Source: Minisyncoccota bacterium | GTDB lineage: Bacteria; Patescibacteriota; Minisyncoccia; Phycocordibacterales; UBA918 | NCBI GenBank assembly: GCA_021129515.1 | Contig: JAJOLD010000001.1 | Span: forward strand, 1 to 46,505 | Length of the DNA stretch: 46,505 nt | Direction of reading: 5' to 3' | Shown: piece by piece, positions 18,318 through 31,300 of the stretch | How positions within the stretch are numbered: the stretch's first letter is position 1 | How the letters are laid out: the number at the start of each line of letters is the position of its first letter | Program-made: the position numbers and the translations under genes | Notes under the pieces: generated by a model | Databases searched by the model: none | What the model saw: the letters and a program-made list of their open reading frames with translations, nothing else | What the model was told of the DNA's origin: nothing

Positions 18318-20126
18318 ATGGTACATACGTGGGGTCGTATATGTATGCAGTTTATAGGTGCGGTGCTGAGTATCGTCGTGCTTTTTTGTATTGTTGCTCA
18401 TGTTGCTGGTGCTGCGGATATCAGGAACTATAGTGATACGCTGACTGACTCTGCACCAAGTGAATACTCAAACCATACGCTCAGATTTATTACCAAAGTA
18501 CCTATTCCGACCGGTGGCTATATTCGCTTCAGGCCGAGCCCTGGAGACTTTACCATTCCTACTACTAATTTTGGACTACGCAATGTTGCGCTCTATGTTG
18601 GTGATGTTCTGCGCAACACGGGTACTACCACGAGCACTTCTACCGACGGGGTAAGTATTACAACCGGCACCAATGGTGCAATTGAAATCACACTCAACAC
18701 ACTCACTGGTATTGCAGCGGATGCTGAGATTCTGCTACGTATTGGCTCGTCTACCGTACATGCCACCTCAAGTGATTTAGGTATCTTGAATCCGTCCTCA
18801 ATTGGTACCTATCCAATACATATTGAAACGGGTGGTGGCACTACCAGTGAAAGTGTTCGAGCCTTGGTGGCAATTGTGCATAACGTACAAGTGCCAAATG
18901 TCGATACTACTGAAACGGTACCGCCGCATCGGTTTAATGGTGCGCCATCGGGTGAGCTCTCGGGTACGTCACTCATTGTGCAGGTGTCACTGGAGACAGA
19001 TGAATTTGCGTTGTGTCGCTATTCGACGGCATCCGGCACACCATATTTTTCAATGACCAATCAATTTACAACTAATTTTGTCACGGTACACACCTTTGAC
19101 CTGGAGGTCGCTACGAGTACTGCATACGATTTATACGTTCGTTGTATTGATGACGAAGGAAACTTTAATACCGATGATTACCTCATTAGCTTCTCTATCC
19201 CTGAATATCCTGAGGGTGAACCAGGTACTGAAGGTGACAGTGATGGTGATGGGGATGCAGATCCAGGTGACGGCTCACCAGATGGCGATACCGACAGTGA
19301 TGACTCAGACACCGGTGACGGCAGTGGCTCCTCAGGTGGCGGCGGCGGGGGTGGAGATGATGGTGGAGGCTTTGAGGGTACCGAAAAGCCATACCAAAGT
19401 GGCGATGGGCGCGTCATTATAAACGGGTATGCATTCCCTGATAGCGATGTCACCATACTTGTTGATGGGACGGTTATTGAAACAGATGATGCTGATGGTA
19501 CGGGTAAGTTCTCAGTCACGGTTGATGAGATTGCACGCGGTGTCTATACCTTTGGTGTCTATGCAGCCGATGCAAATGGCATAAAATCCTCAACATTTTC
19601 AACGACCTTTAGTGTAACGGGATCACGAGGATCAACACTTTCTAATGTAAACGTCATGCCGTCAGTGCAGGTGACACCTGACCCTGTGGACCCTGGTGCA
19701 ACAGTGCAATTTTCTGGATACGCAATTCCGAACGCAACCATCACTATTGAAAATCAAAGCGACAAGTCGAGTGTCACCCTGAAAACATTTACCACAACTT
19801 CTGATGGAGATGGTGCTTGGTCATATGACGCGAGTACTGCAGGATTTCAGACCGGTACCTACAAAGTACGTGCAAAAGCAAAACAAGAGAGTGGTGTCTC
19901 AACCGATTATGCTGATTGGACGTTCTATGGAGTCGGGGAAGAAGCAGATACACCACGTGCTTCTGACTTGAACCGTGACGGCTCGGTTAACCTCATTGAC
20001 TTCTCTATCTTGCTCTTCTGGTGGGGTACCGATGGTGGGGAGTCTAATCCACCTGCTGATATCAATGCTGACGGGAGGGTTTCTTTGACGGACTTCTCCA
20101 TTATGATCTTTAATTGGACGGGCTGA
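18318..20126 (+). CDS. secreted multidomain adaptor with a C-terminal dockerin-like twin EF-hand domain
   Basis: Signal peptide, an N-domain similar to the 11279 protein, an Asp/Gly linker, two Ig-like domains, then DLNRDGSVNLIDFSIL...DINADGRVSLTDFSIM. Confidence 0.8.
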   Translation: MVHTWGRICMQFIGAVLSIVVLFCIVAHVAGAADIRNYSDTLTDSAPSEYSNHTLRFITKVPIPTGGYIRFRPSPGDFTIPTTNFGLRNVALYVGDVLRNTGTTTSTSTDGVSITTGTNGAIEITLNTLTGIAADAEILLRIGSSTVHATSSDLGILNPSSIGTYPIHIETGGGTTSESVRALVAIVHNVQVPNVDTTETVPPHRFNGAPSGELSGTSLIVQVSLETDEFALCRYSTASGTPYFSMTNQFTTNFVTVHTFDLEVATSTAYDLYVRCIDDEGNFNTDDYLISFSIPEYPEGEPGTEGDSDGDGDADPGDGSPDGDTDSDDSDTGDGSGSSGGGGGGGDDGGGFEGTEKPYQSGDGRVIINGYAFPDSDVTILVDGTVIETDDADGTGKFSVTVDEIARGVYTFGVYAADANGIKSSTFSTTFSVTGSRGSTLSNVNVMPSVQVTPDPVDPGATVQFSGYAIPNATITIENQSDKSSVTLKTFTTTSDGDGAWSYDASTAGFQTGTYKVRAKAKQESGVSTDYADWTFYGVGEEADTPRASDLNRDGSVNLIDFSILLFWWGTDGGESNPPADINADGRVSLTDFSIMIFNWTG

Positions 20127-20287
20127 TATAAAAATTAAATAGCAAAAATAAAAAATAAAAATTACATTGCAAAAATCAAAAATAGTGGCCAGTGACTGCT
20201 TTTTGTGGTTGCTTTGTCCATGTTGATTTTACCTTTCTGTGTATAAATCGACATAATGACGACGCGGTTACAGTAAGATATTGGTAT

Positions 20288-20758
20288 ATGTCTTTTTTAC
20301 AAAGACTCAAAGGGAGGGGTGCGCGCGCGGGACAACGACTGCAATCGAGTGAAGAAGAAAGTGCCGTCGATACCATTGCACAACTCGAGGTCGATGTGTT
20401 CCAAACTACTGACCTGATTGTTGTGTATGCGCACGCTGCAGGAGCTGATCTGTCTGATATTCATGTGTCTATCGAAGGCGACGCAGACATTGTGTTAATC
20501 GAAGGTAAACGATTGCGTCCTGAGTATTTAGCGTTCCCTAAGAAGAAACCTGATGGTGCCTACTTTACTGAAGAGTGTGTCTGGGGTGAATTTTACCGAC
20601 GTATTATTTTGCCGGAAAGTGTTGATATTACGCAGGCAGAAGCAAAGGTGAAAAATGGTGTCTTAGTGCTTGTACTGCCACTCTTGAAACCCGAGGTAAA
20701 AGAAAAAGTGAATCTTCGGGTCAAAAAGGCGAAAAGCAAGCGATCAAGAAAGAAATAA
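20288..20758 (+). CDS. Hsp20/alpha-crystallin family small heat-shock protein
   Basis: QLEVDVFQT, ECVWGEFYRRIILP and AEAKVKNGVLVLVLP. Confidence 0.88.
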   Translation: MSFLQRLKGRGARAGQRLQSSEEESAVDTIAQLEVDVFQTTDLIVVYAHAAGADLSDIHVSIEGDADIVLIEGKRLRPEYLAFPKKKPDGAYFTEECVWGEFYRRIILPESVDITQAEAKVKNGVLVLVLPLLKPEVKEKVNLRVKKAKSKRSRKK

Positions 20759-20772
20759 TAGTAGGAGTTTGT

Positions 20773-22302
20773 ATGCAGGTTCTTTTACAACGTAAAAAAC
20801 AAAATATATATGCCATTGTCTGTATACTCTGTGTAGCACTTCTCTTTCTCTGTGCCACACATACGGCATTTGCAGCGCAATTGCTGGTTTCACCAACAAG
20901 TGGTGCCTACTCAAATGGTCAGACATTTACCGCAACGATACAAGTGGATCCGCAAGGGAAGAGCGTTAATGTGGTGGAAGCACAACTTGCCTTTGATGCA
21001 GCGCGACTGTCGGTCGTGAATGTTAGCAAAACAGGTTCAGTCTTTTCTCTATGGACCACAGAACCAACATTTTCAAACAGTGCGGGAACCATTGATTTTG
21101 GTGGTGGTAGCCCAACACCATTTAATACTCGATCAACCATAGCAACGGTGACCTTTAGAGTCGTTGCGCCAGGAGATGCAACCGTGTCAGTGAGCAGTGC
21201 TTCTGCATTGGCGGCTGATGGACTGGGTACCGATGTCTATGCTGGTAGCGTTGACGCAACCTACGCAGTGAGCGAAACGACAACTCCAGAGCCTGAAGTA
21301 CCAGTTGCATCAACACCAGAACCAGCACCCGCAGCAGAAGAGCCGTCAGATGCAGCAATCACCTTTGGCGATCCACCACGTGCACCAGAAGCTGGCTCTT
21401 CGGTATTCCTTGATCCTGAATTATGGTATGCAACGAAAGTAGGTGCCTTTGTGTGGGAATTGCCATTTGATGTTGATGCATTGCGTCTTGATATTGCTAC
21501 TTCTTCAGATGCTGAGCCAACGACCGAGTATGATCCACCGATTGAGGACTTTACGACCAGCGATGCAGTATTGCGTGATGGGGAACAGTATCTCATCATG
21601 CAGTTCAAGAACCAGGTCGGTTGGGGTGCTGTATTGCATCGTAAATTGCGTATTGACACCATGCCTCCGGAGGCATTCGCTATCAGTGTTCGTGCTGGAA
21701 ATTCACCAACCGCATTCCCACTCCTTACCTTTGAAGCAAACGATGTCACGTCAGGTATAGAGCGATATGAAATGACCATCGCCGACAGTGAGGCAATAGA
21801 AATTACACCTGATGAAGCAAAGCTTGGGTACCTCTTAGGAGAATTGAAGGATGGTACCTATACGGTGCGCGTCACTGCGTATGACTATGCAGGGAATAGT
21901 ACTGAGTCATCGGTACCCGTACTCATTACGGCAGGATGGTTGCCACCACTTGAAACAGTTGAAGAGCGATCAGTCTGGGAATTCTTTAGTGGTAAGAACT
22001 TGGTCATCATCATTTTGCTCGGTATCATTCTATTCTTGCTTATACACATGATGCTTGAACGCAAGCGGCATACACGCAAAGAAGAGAAGTTGCGTAAAGA
22101 GACAAAAGAAATTCAAGACCAGATGGAAAAGATATTCTCAGCATTGCGTGATGAAATCTACGAACAAATCAATACCATCACTAAGCGTCCTCGATTATCT
22201 AAGAAGGAAAAGGAAGCAGTCGAGGGACTCCATCAGGCACTTGAAGTATCGGAAACCTTGATTGAAAAAGAGATTGGAGATGTAAAAGAAATATTGAAGT
22301 AA
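20773..22302 (+). CDS. membrane-anchored cohesin-like domain protein with a cytoplasmic coiled coil
   Basis: Signal peptide and a cohesin-like beta sandwich (GQTFTATIQV..VNVVEAQLAFD..LSV..IATVTFR), then a Pro/Glu linker, Ig-like domains, a TM (LVIIILLGIILFLLI) and a charged tail. Confidence 0.75.
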   Translation: MQVLLQRKKQNIYAIVCILCVALLFLCATHTAFAAQLLVSPTSGAYSNGQTFTATIQVDPQGKSVNVVEAQLAFDAARLSVVNVSKTGSVFSLWTTEPTFSNSAGTIDFGGGSPTPFNTRSTIATVTFRVVAPGDATVSVSSASALAADGLGTDVYAGSVDATYAVSETTTPEPEVPVASTPEPAPAAEEPSDAAITFGDPPRAPEAGSSVFLDPELWYATKVGAFVWELPFDVDALRLDIATSSDAEPTTEYDPPIEDFTTSDAVLRDGEQYLIMQFKNQVGWGAVLHRKLRIDTMPPEAFAISVRAGNSPTAFPLLTFEANDVTSGIERYEMTIADSEAIEITPDEAKLGYLLGELKDGTYTVRVTAYDYAGNSTESSVPVLITAGWLPPLETVEERSVWEFFSGKNLVIIILLGIILFLLIHMMLERKRHTRKEEKLRKETKEIQDQMEKIFSALRDEIYEQINTITKRPRLSKKEKEAVEGLHQALEVSETLIEKEIGDVKEILK

Positions 22303-22325
22303 TTGAGAGGCTCCCAATCCACACC

Positions 22326-22360
22326 ATAGCGCGCCAAACCTACGTTTGGTGCGCTATAAT
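22326..22360 (+). promoter_or_regulatory. 14-bp inverted repeat overlapping the TATAAT (-10) upstream of the giant gene
   Basis: atagcgcgccaaac-ctac-gtttggtgcgctat (one G-T pair); TATAAT at 22355-22360. Confidence 0.55.
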
Positions 22361-22365
22361 TACAA

Positions 22366-25300
22366 TTGGCGGACATTCTATCCGGATGTTTCCGTCTAAT
22401 TGTTAGTGTGATGAGATTTTTCTCAAAAACAACAAGAAAAAACAACATAATACCCTTATTTACAGCGCTATATGGTACTGCGTCGGCTTTTCGTAGTGGA
22501 CGACGCAAGATATTTGCAATCTATGGGCTCTGCATGTTGTGTGGACTTGGTATGTTTGCACATGCACAACTCGGACAATCAACCGTGACCACCATTGAAA
22601 CCGTGCATGTATTCCCAGAACAGGTCACTGCAGTTGGTTGGAAAAATGTTGAGTCAGTAGTGGTGCAAAACCTGGATGAGTTTGCGTTGTATCAAGAGTT
22701 CAATAAGATTAATTCCTCCTACCCTGATTCTGATTTCTTTAAAAAAGAGATTGCCACACAAGAAAAGAATCCTGACACTGAGTCTGAATCGGCAGAAACG
22801 CCTGAGCCTGTAGCAGTACCGCAAGACATAGAAGTCGAAAAAGAAACGGAACAATCAGAGGTGGCAGCATCTACCTCTGAAGCACCTGCAGTGGTGTCCG
22901 ATGATACAGAAGTGCAAGCAACCACTACTACTGAGCAGGTTGCGGAACCAGTGGCAGCGGGTACAACAGATGCTGTTTCTGATACGGATGCAGAAGACAC
23001 AGATACTGCTGAGACACCTGCTGCAGACGATACTGCGCCTGTGGCTGATACTGATGCTCTAGAGGTTGCGGAGGACGAAGAACCTGAAGCTGAAACTGAA
23101 ACACCTGCTGCATCAGATGAGCAGGATACAGTTGATGCTCCAGTTGCCTATACACCAGTGCCGTTTACCTCTGTATTTGCAGCGCTCATTGACCCAATGC
23201 CATTTGTATCGACTGCAACAACGGTGCCATTTATTGATATAAGCCAGGAGTCTGTCGCATACATTGAAGCAGATGCGGAGGTGGTTGAAGACGTTGTGTT
23301 AGTCGATAGTACTGTCGAGACGGAGGTGCCTGTGGATGCGTCTGAAGACACTCCTGATACTTCGGTAGGGACGGTTCCTATGGCAACCACTACTTCGTCT
23401 GAAGCAGATACAATACCTACTGTTACTACAGAGACACCGCATGAGGAGGTTGTAGCAACATCAACCATACCTACTGCATCCGAACCATCAGAGGCGGCAA
23501 CCACAACGGAATCTGTTGTGGCAGATGTAGACACACCGCATGCAACAACGACTACTGCCACAGCAACTCCAGTGCATGGTTCCGTTGCAGAAGAGGTGTA
23601 TGCATCGACTACTGTGAGTTGTGATGGTGCATGTGCCTTTTCAAGTATTACGCTCTCAGGTTTTGGATTGCCAATTTTTGATGAAGAGCGTGCATTACGT
23701 GGCGCACAGCTTCGCATGTCGTTTGCAGCACAACGAAAAGAAACGAGAGATGTTATACAAAATATGCATGTGCGGTATTCATTTGATGATGGTGCTACAT
23801 GGATTCCTGGTGGTGATGTGTTCATCCAAGAGGATGCATCAAACAGTCTCAATGGTGGCTACTTCTTGTTTGCATTGCCACAGATTGCGGATCCTGCATT
23901 GCTTGATAACCTCACTGTTGAACTAGTGTACCGAGATAACCCAGCAGTGCTGACCGGGCTGTTTGTAGATGCGGTGTGGTTGGAAGTGTTTACGGTGAGT
24001 GAAACTGTTGATCCGCTCCTCTCAGTGCAGGAGCTATTGAAAGATAATGGATTTGATGCACAGCCTTTGTCAGGAGATGTATTGGTACTTGATGATGGCA
24101 CTGCGTTGCAGTTTGATACCACGGATGAAAATGAAGATGAAACACTCATTATTAAATCGAACGATTTGATATATGAGGGATTGACCAAAACAACCACATA
24201 TTTCAATGTTACCAATACGAGTAACACTAAAGACACCTTTACCCTACAAACATACTTCCCAGAAGATGTTGGTACGGTACTCGCGCTCGAAGAGTGGAAC
24301 CAAAACAAAGAAAAGGAAATTGTCGTTCCAGAATATCGACCGTATATCTATCACTGTGAAGCTGGTTGGGAGCGATCTGATGGTTCCGTCGAGAGTACTC
24401 TCGAAGATCTCTCGCGTGCACTTATTGAAGCGGTTGCGGAGACTGAAGCTGACACTGCCACCAGCACTCCGGCGTCAGATGCCGCTACGACTACTGAAGC
24501 AATAGATGTAGCGGAGTCCCTAACTGCAGCAACGACAACCGATGATGCACCAGTGCCTGCACCGTTAGATACTGACGCTGATGACATCGATGTACCGCAC
24601 TCTGCAACAACGGAGATTGAAGCACCTGTCCCAGACGCGGTGCCGTTATTGCAAGCAAATCTCTCATTAGTATCGAGCGCTACAACCACGGACGATGCTA
24701 CAGCTACAATGGACGAGGCACATCCTGCTGATGAGGAAATACCGGCATATGTCTGTCGCAACACCACCATTGTTCGACAGTGTGATGTGATTGAAGGAGA
24801 CAATACCACCTGTCGTGTCAACAATATGAAGGTTGCGACACACGAAGTGACTCGATATTACGGTGGCTGGGAAGAGTCTGCAATTACAGCGGGTGCCGTA
24901 GAAAAAGATACGGGCGTGCTGCATAAGGTGAAACAATTCTTTGGCTTTGCGGCGCGCACTAAAGCAGTGCCTGATGTATTTGAAGCGCGCTCATACTCAG
25001 AAACCACCTACACCATCGAACCTGGAGAAACAAAATACTTTAAGATGGATATCGAGTTCCCGCCACTTTCACGCGGTGAGTTCTGGGTAGAGGCAATTGG
25101 TGCACGTGAATACGGACTCCTTGACCCATTCTGGTCGAGTGAATGGAAGTATCGTTTGCCAGTGATGCTTGATAATACACTGGGTAGTGACACGCTGACT
25201 GACCATCAGGTGCGCTTTACCATTCCAAGTACGGCAACTGATTTTTGGAGCAATGTAAATGCCGATGGAAGTGATGTGCGTTTTGTACAAGAGGTTCCTG

Positions 25301-28300
25301 GTACGTCAGATGATACCTGGTATGACACATCATGGAATACCCGTATGGCGATTACGGTGCAAGCATCTGAAGTGGATGCGACCTTAAATAATTTCCCCGT
25401 GTATGTAGACCTTGCCACACTGGGTGCTGAGTTCTTTGATGCTGTGCGGAGTGATGGCGGTGATATTCGTGTCACGGCAGCTGATGGTGTCACTGAAGTG
25501 CCATATGAACTGGTCGCTATTGATACAAGTGCAGAAACTGGTGAGTTGCACTTCCAGGCATCGTCGATAGCAAGCAGTGTTGATACCGTGTTCTACATCT
25601 ATTATGACAATGAGGGTGCACTTGGATATGCGCGCACTGATACCTATGGAAGTGAGCAGGTCTGGGATAGTAATTATCTCGGTGTCTACCACTTAGTAGA
25701 AACAAGTGCTGGGGTTGCTGGTGAATTTAAGGACAGTACCAGTAATGCGCATGATGGTGTCGGAGAAAATACGCTGCCAACACCCACAACTGGCTTCATG
25801 GGTGTGGGGCAAAATATGCAGTCGGGTCATATTGACTTGGGTGCTGCATCGCGATGGACGGATATTGGTACAAACGATGAATTCAACCTGTCTGCATGGA
25901 TTAATCTTGATAATTCTTCTAGTGATTATGCGATTGTGTCACAGTGGAGTGGTGGTGGCGCAGGTGTGTTGCTCTGGGCTGATGCTGGAGGATCGGGAGA
26001 TGGATTCTGTCTCTATGGTGGCAATTATGCACCGTCTGATTGTCAGGATCAAAATGATCAATCACCTGGAACGTGGCAGCATATTGTTGCACGCTATGAC
26101 AGCATTGATTGGTCGCTGTATATCGATGGTGCCATTAGTGGGTCTGGTGCAGTATCGCAAAGCTTAACGCAGCAGCCGGTTGGTTTTTCTATCGGTTCAG
26201 TACAAGCGGATGATAATACCCACGCCTTTGATGGACGAATGGATGAGATTCGTATTTCAAGTATTGATAGGGGAGAAAACTGGCTTGAATCAGAGTATAC
26301 CAACCAAAGTGCCCCAACAACATTTTATGCTACTTCGACTCCAGATGAGCTCGTGACCACACAGTATAGTGAGCTCGATTTCTGGATCCAGCACTTTAGC
26401 ACCACCACCAACGAAGCGGACGTCTGGGTGCAGGTAGACACGCTTGCTGCGGGCGCCTCGACTACTATCTATCTCTACTATGGTAATGAAGACGCAACCA
26501 TGGGCAGCGATGCCTTTAGTCCGTTTACCTATGACACGCTTACGCCAACATATTATGTGCTTGATGATATTGCCACCGGACCAATTCAAGTCTACAGCTA
26601 TATTGATAATAACCAGGTGCGTATTGATGATGGTACCCCGGTGTCGCTTGATGCGGGTGAAATGACTTCCTTTAGTACCTATAGTGGTTCTTCAACGATT
26701 AGCGCACTTGGTCCTATCGCTGCCACTATTGATGCTGCAGCAGCAGACTCTATTACCCCGGTTGCGTTTGCCTCAACTACACAGGCAGGACCAACTAATC
26801 GTAATACCTCACAATGGTTTGTGTTGTCACCATTTGCGAGCAGCTCGGTGCAAACCTATATTGCAAATAGTGGTACGCCAGATGAGAACTTTAGTGTGGC
26901 AACTGGTACGGTTGTGACTTCAAATACCGATGCAGGAGGGGGTCAGTCCGTGATTTTGGAATCATCGGACCCAATATTGGTGTACCACCGTGAATCAGGA
27001 AGTCGCGATAGTTTTGTGCTCTATCCACCAACTACTGATGATCTCTATGGTATTGATTCAAACAGTGTGTATGTCACGGCACTTGCAGATGATCCAGATC
27101 CAACGGTGTACTGTTCAAGTGGCTCAAGTGCTACGGTCACTGGTGTTACGCGGGGAGAACGACAAAACGTTAGTACCTGTGTGGCAGCGGGAGAGGGTGT
27201 CGGTGATGCGGTTCGGTTTACTGGTGCGAGCACGCCGTTTGCGGCTATTCAGCAGGCTGACTCTGATGGTAGTGAGTCAACGACATTCTGGCCTGAGTAT
27301 GAGTTTGGTACAACATACTATATCCCTACCGACATGGCGTATGCGGCGATTGTGTGTGCACCGCGGTATGGCACGACCACCCTTGAAATACAGCCAAATG
27401 GTGGTGGGTCTGCATTAGAATCTGCAACCTGTGTGCCTGGTGCAAACATACCAGGTAAAGCGTACTTTGATAATGGACGGGGGGGTGACACCTTGGCATA
27501 TGCAGCAGGGCATATGATAGTGTCGACCAATGACGTCCCGTTCTATGTCATCTATGAGGATGATGAGGAAGACAATGATGAAACCAATATTCTGACCAAT
27601 GTCCAGGGTCGTAAATTTACAAAGACACCTATCACGGCTGCATTTGGAGCACAAGAGATAATTATTGACGCTGAGTATACCCAACATTCATTTGGGTGGT
27701 ATGAAAACACTGATGCAGAAACCGTTACTGATGCGTGGTCACTTGGTGAAGGTGCCTATGCGACCGAAGGCGTGCATATTACCGGGCAAGGCGCGGTGAA
27801 CGATGATGATGTGTTGCGACTCCGTATCAATGCATTGGCGAGTGCGGCAACAGGCACGGCAACATCATCAGCATTTAAGCTGCAATATGCGGTGTCTGAT
27901 ACCTGTGCCGTGAGTAGTACGTCGTGGCATGATGTCGGTGCAATCGGTAGTACTACCGCACACTTTACCGGGTACGATAATGCTTCAGTGTCTGATGGTG
28001 CCACACTTGCTTCTACGACACTGGCATCAAGTACGGTCTTTGCAACCTATGAAGAAGAAAACCTATCAAGTCGTAACCCGGTAGATATTAATCCAGGTGC
28101 GTATGCAGAATGGGACTGGGTCATACAAAGCGCCAATGCATCGGTAAATACAAACTACTGTTTCCGGATGGTGCGCGAAGGTGGACAGCCGTTGGTTAGC
28201 TACACAACGTATCCAGAACTCTATACTGCGGGACCACCACTTCAGGCAACGACATTGGTCTACTTTGATAATGAACATACCGCAGACCTTGATTCGGTAC

Positions 28301-31300
28301 TCGATTTCACTGCAGTAGATGCTGCGGGTGATGATATTAATTACCAGGTGCAGATTGATACAGACCCTTCATTCGGTAGTCCTGTTGTCGACAGAAACTC
28401 GCTCACCAACTTCTTAGAATTTGAGAATATCAATACACCGTCTGACAAGGCACCATTTACCAGTGGTAACCGTATTCGGTTTACTTCACCAACAACGCTG
28501 ACAGCGAGCACTACGTATTGGTGGCGGGTGCGTGGTCGTGATCCTGATGGTTCTAATACCTATGGGACGTGGTCAGTACCAAGCAGTTTCACTACCAATG
28601 GCGCTATCGTGGTCAGTGAGTGGCATCAGACTACTGGACATCAATTTGATACGGACACCTTGGTCAATCTTGCAACGAGTACGGGTGCGGTGTCACTCAC
28701 GAGTAGTCCGGCGGTGCTTACCACATCAGCTATTGATTTTGACGATGCAACCGTGGGTAATGCATGGGGTGCGGTCACGTGGAGTGATACTGAAACGTCA
28801 GGGACGATTCTCTATCAGATAGAGTATTATGACGGTACCTCATGGGCGTTGGTGCCTGATAGTGCACTTGCAAACAACAGTATTGGTAATGGTACCGCAC
28901 CGCTCAATATCTTAGGACTTGATACAGATACCTACAATCAAATCCGTATCGTTGCAACGCTCACCGGCGCCACACTCTCAATTGAAGACCTCACCGTACA
29001 ATGGGGGCAGCGAGTGAACACACCGACACTGCTTGACCCGTTTGATAACGAAAAAATTGCAGACACCACACCTGAATTCACCTTTACTACCACCGATCCG
29101 CAACTCGATGATTTGGTCTACGAGGTGTCCTATAGTACCGACTATATATTTGTAAGTAGTACTACTGTCAACTCGAGTACCACACCGGCAGATTTTGCAA
29201 ATGTCTCGACACCGCTTGATACTAATCCGTACAATTCGGGTGATACCATTCGCTACACCATACCGGGTGGGGCAGCCCTCACTAACGGTGAAACTTACTG
29301 GTGGCGGGTGCGTGCAAAAGACCCAGCCGGAGGAGATGCCTGGTCACCATGGTCTGATGCTGATGCGCTTACCGTTGATACCTCGGTGACGGTCTCGACC
29401 TGGTTCCAAACGACCCAAGCACAGTTTGCACAAGGGGAACTTGATGGATTGGTTGCGTCGACCTCGGGCTCAGTGGGACTTAACACAGAAATTGGAGAAT
29501 ACGGAAAAGTAATTGTTGATGCAGAAGATTGGACAACGGTGAACACAACAGGCTCGTACAACACACCAGTGGTGGTAGCGTCACTCCGATATGCACCACA
29601 AGGTGAAACACAACGTGCCGTGCGTGTCCGTAACAAAACTGAAACCTCATTTGAAATAAAAGCAGATGATCCAAATGGTGTGTTGACGGGTACAACAACC
29701 GTTGATTATTTGGTGATGGAAGCGGGTGATTGGACCATGGCTGATGGTGCCGGCGGTACACGCGTTATTGCAGGTACGTTTAGTGAGGTGAGCGATGTGC
29801 AGGGAGGTGGCAGTTATGCAGGAAGTGGATATGGTGAAGATGTTGCCTTTTCTCCACCATTTGCAAGTGCGCCAGCAATTGTTGCAACCGTCTCAACTGA
29901 AAATGATGCGTCCTGGGTGGTCGCGCACCTCAACGACGGCAATACACGCTCAAACCCACCAGATGCAAGTAACATGGGTATATATCTTGGAAGGAGTGCC
30001 TTAAGTGCGGTGCATGATCCTGAAGATGTTGATTATATTGCGATAGAAAGTGGACACGGTACCAATAACGGTGGTGAATTTGATGCTGACGTAGGTTCAG
30101 ATTCACACAATGAGCCACCGGTCACTGCAGAGGCATATAACACCGCATTTAGCGTTGCGCCTGAAGTAATCATTGTGATGCAGGCGGCAGAACAAGACGG
30201 TAATGGTGCATGGTTCTCAGTGTATGAAGATACAGCACCAACTGCTGCAAACTATTATCCTGTAAGCGATGAAGCAGGAGACCGAAACCATACCCCTGAA
30301 CCGGTGTTTGCGATTTCATTTGAAAATGCATCGGGAGTACTGGTGCGTGAAGCATCATCGGGCGGTGGTTTGTCAGGTACAATCTATAGTGAACCTATCT
30401 ACTTTAGTGATGGTGCTGGTCCAAAGTTTGAGGAGTTCCTTTGGAGTGATAGCACGCCAGGTACGAGTACTATCCGGTATCAGCTTGAGTATCTTGCGGG
30501 TGGGTCTACCTGGACGCTCATTCCTGATACCGATTTAGCTGGAAACAGTGTGGGTACTACTACTGCACCAGTTGACTTGACGGGGCTTGATGTGGTGACA
30601 TATGACACCATTCGTATTGTTGGTACATTGGCGTGTGCAAATGGTACTTGTCCTGAGTTACACGACTGGACCATTGCATGGTCTGAAGGGGTGACTGTGT
30701 CAGGTACTGCACAGGAATATGACCGAGCCACGGCAGTGACTTCAGGGACGGTGCGGATTGCGGTAAACGGTGTGTTGAGTGCTAATACCGGCACTATTGC
30801 AGGTGGCACCTGGAGTATCAACAACATCACTGCATTTGCAGGCGATGTAATTACCGTGTTTGTCGATGGAGCCGCTGAAGCACAAGAAGCAGTGAATGTC
30901 TTTGTATATGACGGCATCGGTGACATGACGGGCGTCGCACTCTATGAGCAGCATCTCGCACTTGATGCAGATGAAACAGCGACCACAACGCTTGCACATC
31001 TCAGTACATACGATAATAGCGTGTCTGGTGATGAAGACATCTTCTTTGATGTCGACGGGTTAGGCGATTTGACGCTCTGTACTGCTGGTGCGTGTAGTCG
31101 GATTAATCTGTACATTGGTGCGGGCAATAGTTTTGTGCCCGCAACATCAACGGCTGAAACACTCCGTGTACACGACTATGTCAACGATGGATTTGTTGCA
31201 CTTGATGGTAATACGCTTGAGGTAAGTGGATCGTGGGAAAATAATGCCAATACGCAGATTGATACATCGACCGTTATATTTACTGCATCCTCGACGGTTG

